Assembly: GCA_043228905.1 (NCBI GenBank)
Contig: JBHGNT010000014.1
Location: forward strand, 7,068,001-7,132,000
Length of the DNA: 64,000 nt
Source of the DNA: Azolla caroliniana
Taxonomy: Eukaryota; Plantae; Polypodiophyta
Direction: 5' to 3'
Translations under genes and position numbers: made by a program
Shown: piece by piece, positions 59,160 through 64,000 of the stretch
Numbering within the stretch: position 1 is the stretch's first letter
Layout of the letters: every line of letters begins with the position of its first letter
The notes under the pieces: model-generated
The model's input: the letters and a program-made list of their open reading frames with translations, nothing else
What the model was told of the DNA's origin: nothing
Database searches by the model: none

Positions 59160-59487
59160 CTGCTATTGATGCTGGTCACCATGCCTCTCCAAGTTGCTAA
59201 ATTGCCTCTCTGATTCTGGCAAGAAGTAGTTGCCATTGCATGTTACTTGCAAAACCGATCACCACATAAGATACTTGCTCTTGAAACACCATATTCACTT
59301 TGGTTTAAGCATAAACCAAACCTTAGCCATCACTGAGTGTTTGGTTCGATCGCCTACAATCATGTACCTATAAACAAAAGGAAGAAATTAGATCCTCATA
59401 CAAGAAAGTTTATTTTTATTGGATATGGTGAATCTTCTAGAGTTAAAGCATACAAATGATTTGATCTGCATACATGCAAGTTTTTCT
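59160..59487 (+). pseudogene. Copia integrase C-terminal fragment
   Basis: DNA encodes FWQEVVAIACYLQNRSPH..VFGS..RKKLDPH..FIGYG. Confidence 0.75.
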
Positions 59488-60774
59488 TTAGTCTACCTTC
59501 CGAACTTCGAGCTTTTTGTCGGTGATGAGCTCCCCGATATGGTGATACCTCACCTCAATATGTTTTTTCTTTGAGTGATAGACAGGATTCTGAGTGAGGT
59601 GGATTTTGCTTTGTGAGTCGTAATATAAAGTCGGAGCAGGATGGTTGATTCGGCTCTTGACCAAAATATCAGCTGATAGTCGTTGTAGCCAAATTGCTCC
59701 TTTTGCTACCTCCGACGTGGTGATGTACTCGGCCTCTGTGGTGGAGAGTACCATACATTCTGGGAGCTTCGACATCCATGAAATCTCTTCGCCTCCGACG
59801 GTGAAGACATAGCTTGAAATTGACTTTCGATTGTCGGGATTGATGGCATAGTCGATGTTAATGAAGCCTTCGACTTGTCCATTTTGAATCGCCTCAACAC
59901 CTTTCTGATCTACTTGGATTGGGAGAGCCAAAGTATCTTCTTTAATCTATCTCGATCTATCCTCATGCCCAAGATGTGTTAGACCTCTCCGAGTTCCTTC
60001 ATCGAGAATTTCTCATGAAATTGCTGCTTTAACTTTCCGATTTCGGGTTTATCGGTTCCTACGATAAGCCTGATGTCTGTCACAGACATATGCCACTATG
60101 GAAATCTGGGCATCCTTGTATAAAATTCAACTTGATGCATTGTAGGTTCACACTAGAACTTTCTACAAAATTCTAGAGAATGCATCCTCATGCATTCTCT
60201 AGAAGTTTCCTAACTTGCATGAGGTTCAATTCTTGTTCTCTTTCTCTTGTCTCTTCACTCTCTTATTATTTAGTCTCGTCTTGGTTCTCTTATGTTCTAC
60301 TCATCCGTGAAAATTGTTCACCTTGATTAGAATCAAGGTGAACCTGAGTATTTATACAAAAAAGTGGAGGTATGCATGCAATCTAGGAATATTCTAGAGA
60401 ATGCATGAGGATGCATGCAAGCTTAGAAACTTCTAGAGAATGCTTGTTGGTGCATTCTCTAGAAGTTTCTACAAAGTTCTAGTGTTAAACCTACAATACA
60501 TCAAGTTGAATTTTATAGAAGGATGCCTAGATGGATGTAGCTTAGTTGGTAAGGTTTCCTAATGGAGACTAAGAGGTCATGGGTTTAACCCCTACAATCC
60601 ACAGTGGCATATGTCTATGACATTGTCGACGTAAAGGATCCAAGCCTCTTTGGTTAATTGCCAAATGTACATGAATGGGTTAGAGTCAGACTTGTTGTAT
60701 CCAAGCTATCGGATGTAGGAATCAAACTTCTAGTACCACATCCTCAAAGCTTGCTCAAAGTCATAAAGGCTCTT
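59488..60774 (-). pseudogene. Copia RT/RNase H fragment
   Basis: LSTTEAEY..HSKKKHIEVRYH (59488-59931); the YVD motif is split by the 60078-60622 insertion. Confidence 0.8.
60078..60622. mobile_element. TG..CA solo-LTR-like foldback element with ~140-bp inverted arms
   Basis: TGTCACAGACATATGCCAC...GTGGCATATGTCTATGACA; flanks ATGTC/TTGTC. Confidence 0.82.
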
Positions 60775-63700
60775 TGTTGAGCAAATGAGCTCAACTAGAT
60801 CTTGATCGGCCATATCCGGAACTAGGAGCTGGATCAGACAGACAGACTGGATTGTAACCGGTAGGCCGTTAGAGGCCTACGAATCTAGCCTAGTACCTAG
60901 TCATATTTTTGGGAGTCAGTGTCAGTCGCTCGTATGAGCATTGAAGTACTTGTCAATACTTCTATCAGTCCTTTTAAGGACTTGTATAAAAAGTGTTATG
61001 TAGGACATTGTATATACACAAAGCTTTGAATTGAGTTTATCCTATTCTGCTCTCTCTGTCTCTCCCAGTTTTTGTATTTGTTTTGTAAGGTTTCCATTAA
61101 ACCTGTGTCTATATTCTGTTGTTATCCGGCTGAACCTATTTTGTCAAAGCTTCCGCAATCAAATTCTTTTTTATGGTATAAGAGCACGAGGGTTGAGAAC
61201 CTCTACAGCCGACAAGCGTTTTCTAAAGACAAACCCTAACACCCGGTAAAGAAGAGAAAGAAGAAAGTTATGGACAGAATCATGAAGAGCTCGCTTCAAA
61301 CGAAAAAGCTCAACCGTAGCAACTATGCGTCAACAATATCTGGCAATGGGACATGTCTATTATGGGCATGACCATATAATATCCCGTGGTGAGAATTTAT
61401 CGTAGTATTCTATACACGTGGATAAGTGTGAGGGTTCAACGAGAGTGTAAAGAAGGGGAGGATTACTTTTAAATCCTCGGGACTGAGACAACCCATTAGG
61501 CCAAGTGTGAACATGGCTGGGGGCCTTGGGTATCGCTATAAATAGAGGCTTAGCTACCCTCATTTCATTATCTTGTTGACTACGTCGAGACTCTGTCTTG
61601 TGGTGGGTTAACTCTTGTAGCGAGCGCGCCAGCACCAGGTAGGACTCGACGCCACGATAGTGATATGGGACGCCGATCGAGGCTCAAGTCCGTCTCGATC
61701 CCTTCGCTCGGGGGTGGTCGGATGGATCGGCACCCTTCTTTCTCTCTCTCCTTTCTTTCTATCTACCTAGATCTATCCTTATCTAATGCTTACTTTAGTA
61801 CATGTCTCTAATAATGTCAGTCACCGATTACACCACCTAGATCAAGAAGATCTGCAATACACTCGGTTCCATCAACATGAAGGTGGATGAACATGAGATG
61901 GTCCAGATCTGCCTCGGTGTTCTACCACACTGGTACGGGCCAATCCACACTAGCACCCGGAAGACACCAATGTCCTTCTTCTACCTGCAATCTATGTTGA
62001 TGATCGAAGAAAATCGTGCGAGTGGGTCAAGGACCACTCAATCAGATAGTCGGATGTTGTACACGGAGGCGGATTGGCCCCGTGGGCGTGGAGGATGAGG
62101 TGGGTTGGCACGCAATAGCGGTGATAGGAAAGAGCAGAACCGGAGACACAATGATGATGCCGACAACAATTTCGAACCCTTCACAAGCAAGGAAGTTAAG
62201 GCAATGCCAGAAATCGGCAATCGAAAGCCGACACGGAATGCTGGTATTGTGGCAAGAAGGGACACTAAGAGAGTGAGTGTTGGAAGAAGCGCGCCGATTT
62301 AGATAAATCCGGATCTAGCAAGGCCGGACAAGGCAACTGGCAAAGCTCAGACTACATAGGAGGATCGGAAGGATCCAGAACCGGTAAGACCGGAGAAGGG
62401 CCAATTTTCGTGATGAAACACAAGGTGAACTCAATGAAGAAGACCACTTCCAGATCGGAGGAAGTGTGGTACGTTGACTCCGGAGTGTCTAACCACATGA
62501 TGAGCCACGAGGAGTGGTTCTCGTTTTTGGAAAATTAGAGAACCGGGAGTTGTTGAAACCGGAGATGACACTCCTCACCCGATCATGCATGTCAGAAAAG
62601 TTCCCTTAAGTCATGTCGGACAAAAAAGGAAGCTTATGAATGTGCTTCACATCCCGACAATCAGAAAGAACCTGGTGTCGGTTGGGCCGATCATCGACCA
62701 GGGGATGCAGGTGCGATTTATGCATCTCGGGTGCTTCATTAAGGAAGAGGTATGGATCATCGCGCAAGGGTGCCAAGACGGGAGGTTGTTCATCCTGCAA
62801 AAGGTCAGAAGGTTGAGTCGGATATCAACTTGTGGCACAAGAGGATCGACAGATCAATTACCAGAGGCTTCAAGACTTGCAATCAAAACAAGTTGTTTTC
62901 GGATTGCCAAAATTCAGTGGCCGGAAAGCCCAAATTTGTGAAGCCTGCTAACTCAGAAACTGGAGCCATAACAAGCTCGACTTGATACATTCAGATGTTT
63001 GGGGACCGACACATAACATTCTTCTCGTCGTGAGCCGATATTTCATCTCCATCATCGATGATTACAACCGGCACACATGAATCTACCTAATCGAAAGGAA
63101 AAGCGAATTTTTTTATTGTTTCCGGAAACCTGCAAAGTCTTGTCGAACGGGAAACAAAGAGGAAGATGGAGAAAAAGAATACTTTTCCGGCCAATTCAAC
63201 AGTTATCTGCAACAAATGGGAATTCATAGAGAATTCAGTTGCATATACACACCAGAACAAAATGGTGTGGCCGAAAGGAAGAACCGGTCTCTATTGTGGA
63301 GGTGACATGGGCAATGTTGGAGGAGAAGAGCGTCCCCAAGTTCTACTGGGCCAAAGCGGTCTGAACGGCTGTCTACATCCAAAACCGGATTGGGGATAAG
63401 GTGTCAGCACACGAACTATATTTCGGATAGAAGCCGAATTTAAGACACCTTAGGATATTCGGTAGCATTGCATAGATGCACGTGCCCAATGAGAAGCGGA
63501 GAAACCTACACTCGTAGTCGGAGAAGTGCATCCTTGTCGGCTACTTACATGAGCAAAAGGGTTATAAGTGCTATAAACCATGAACAAAACGAGTTCGAGT
63601 GAGCCAAGATGTCGAATTTGATTAGTCGGCATCATGGTACTCTCTCCCGACTCCGATGTCCAACTCCGGCCCAATTCCGGAGGATGAGGCTAGTGAGCCC

Positions 63701-64000
63701 GAAACAATCCCGGCAAAATATGAAGAAGGATTCGTTACTCTAGATTACAGTTTGATCTCATTCCGGCTAAATGGGCCGAATGGGCGACTGAGTTGGAATG
63801 ACCAGTCAAAGGAAGAGCCGGCGAGTAGTGGAGACTCGGCCATCCTCTCCCCGCGCAAGGAACCAGGGAGACGGTTCACGCGCAAAGAGAAAGGGAAGAA
63901 GAAGATTCTGGAATATGCCACCAGCAGAGATGAGTTGAATCAGAGCGAATCTAGCTTTGGGAAGAACGAAGACGAACCTTTGGAAGAGAAGTCTGAGTCG
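60775..64000 (+). mobile_element. Copia family A copy: 5' LTR 60775-61173, PBS 61174-61185, decayed gag-PR-IN, continuing past the window end
   Basis: TGTTGAGC..GCTCAAC LTR start, TGGTATAAGAGC, peptides parallel to 60-2300. Confidence 0.88.
61358..61813 (+). repeat. Family F solo LTR inside family A gag
   Basis: Homologous to 52900-53320; perfect TSD ATGTC; termini decayed to TA..TA. Confidence 0.87.

Overview
This window is eukaryotic heterochromatin, most likely from a moss (Physcomitrium patens-like; inferred from the element families, not checked against a database). I found no convincing host gene. It is a deeply nested pile of LTR retrotransposons: Copia family A (about 6 fragments), Tnt1/Tork-like Copia family B (4 copies), a Tcn1-like Gypsy chromovirus (one intact, very young copy at 19218-24965 and two decayed copies), two non-chromovirus Gypsy families (C, D) and several solo LTRs with 5-bp TSDs. 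A ~9.7-kb island holds two decayed Sola-like DDD transposase genes and satellite arrays. Family letters are my own labels. Best leads: (1) in families C and D the PPT position holds a conserved tRNA-3'-end mimic ending in CCA, suggesting tRNA-type plus-strand priming; (2) the chromovirus combines a Tf1-like self-priming PBS, a -1 frameshift signal, a perfect 4-unit heat-shock element and a tRNA-like A/B-box module in its LTR; (3) two TG..CA insertions built as long inverted repeats. All coordinates were read by eye.
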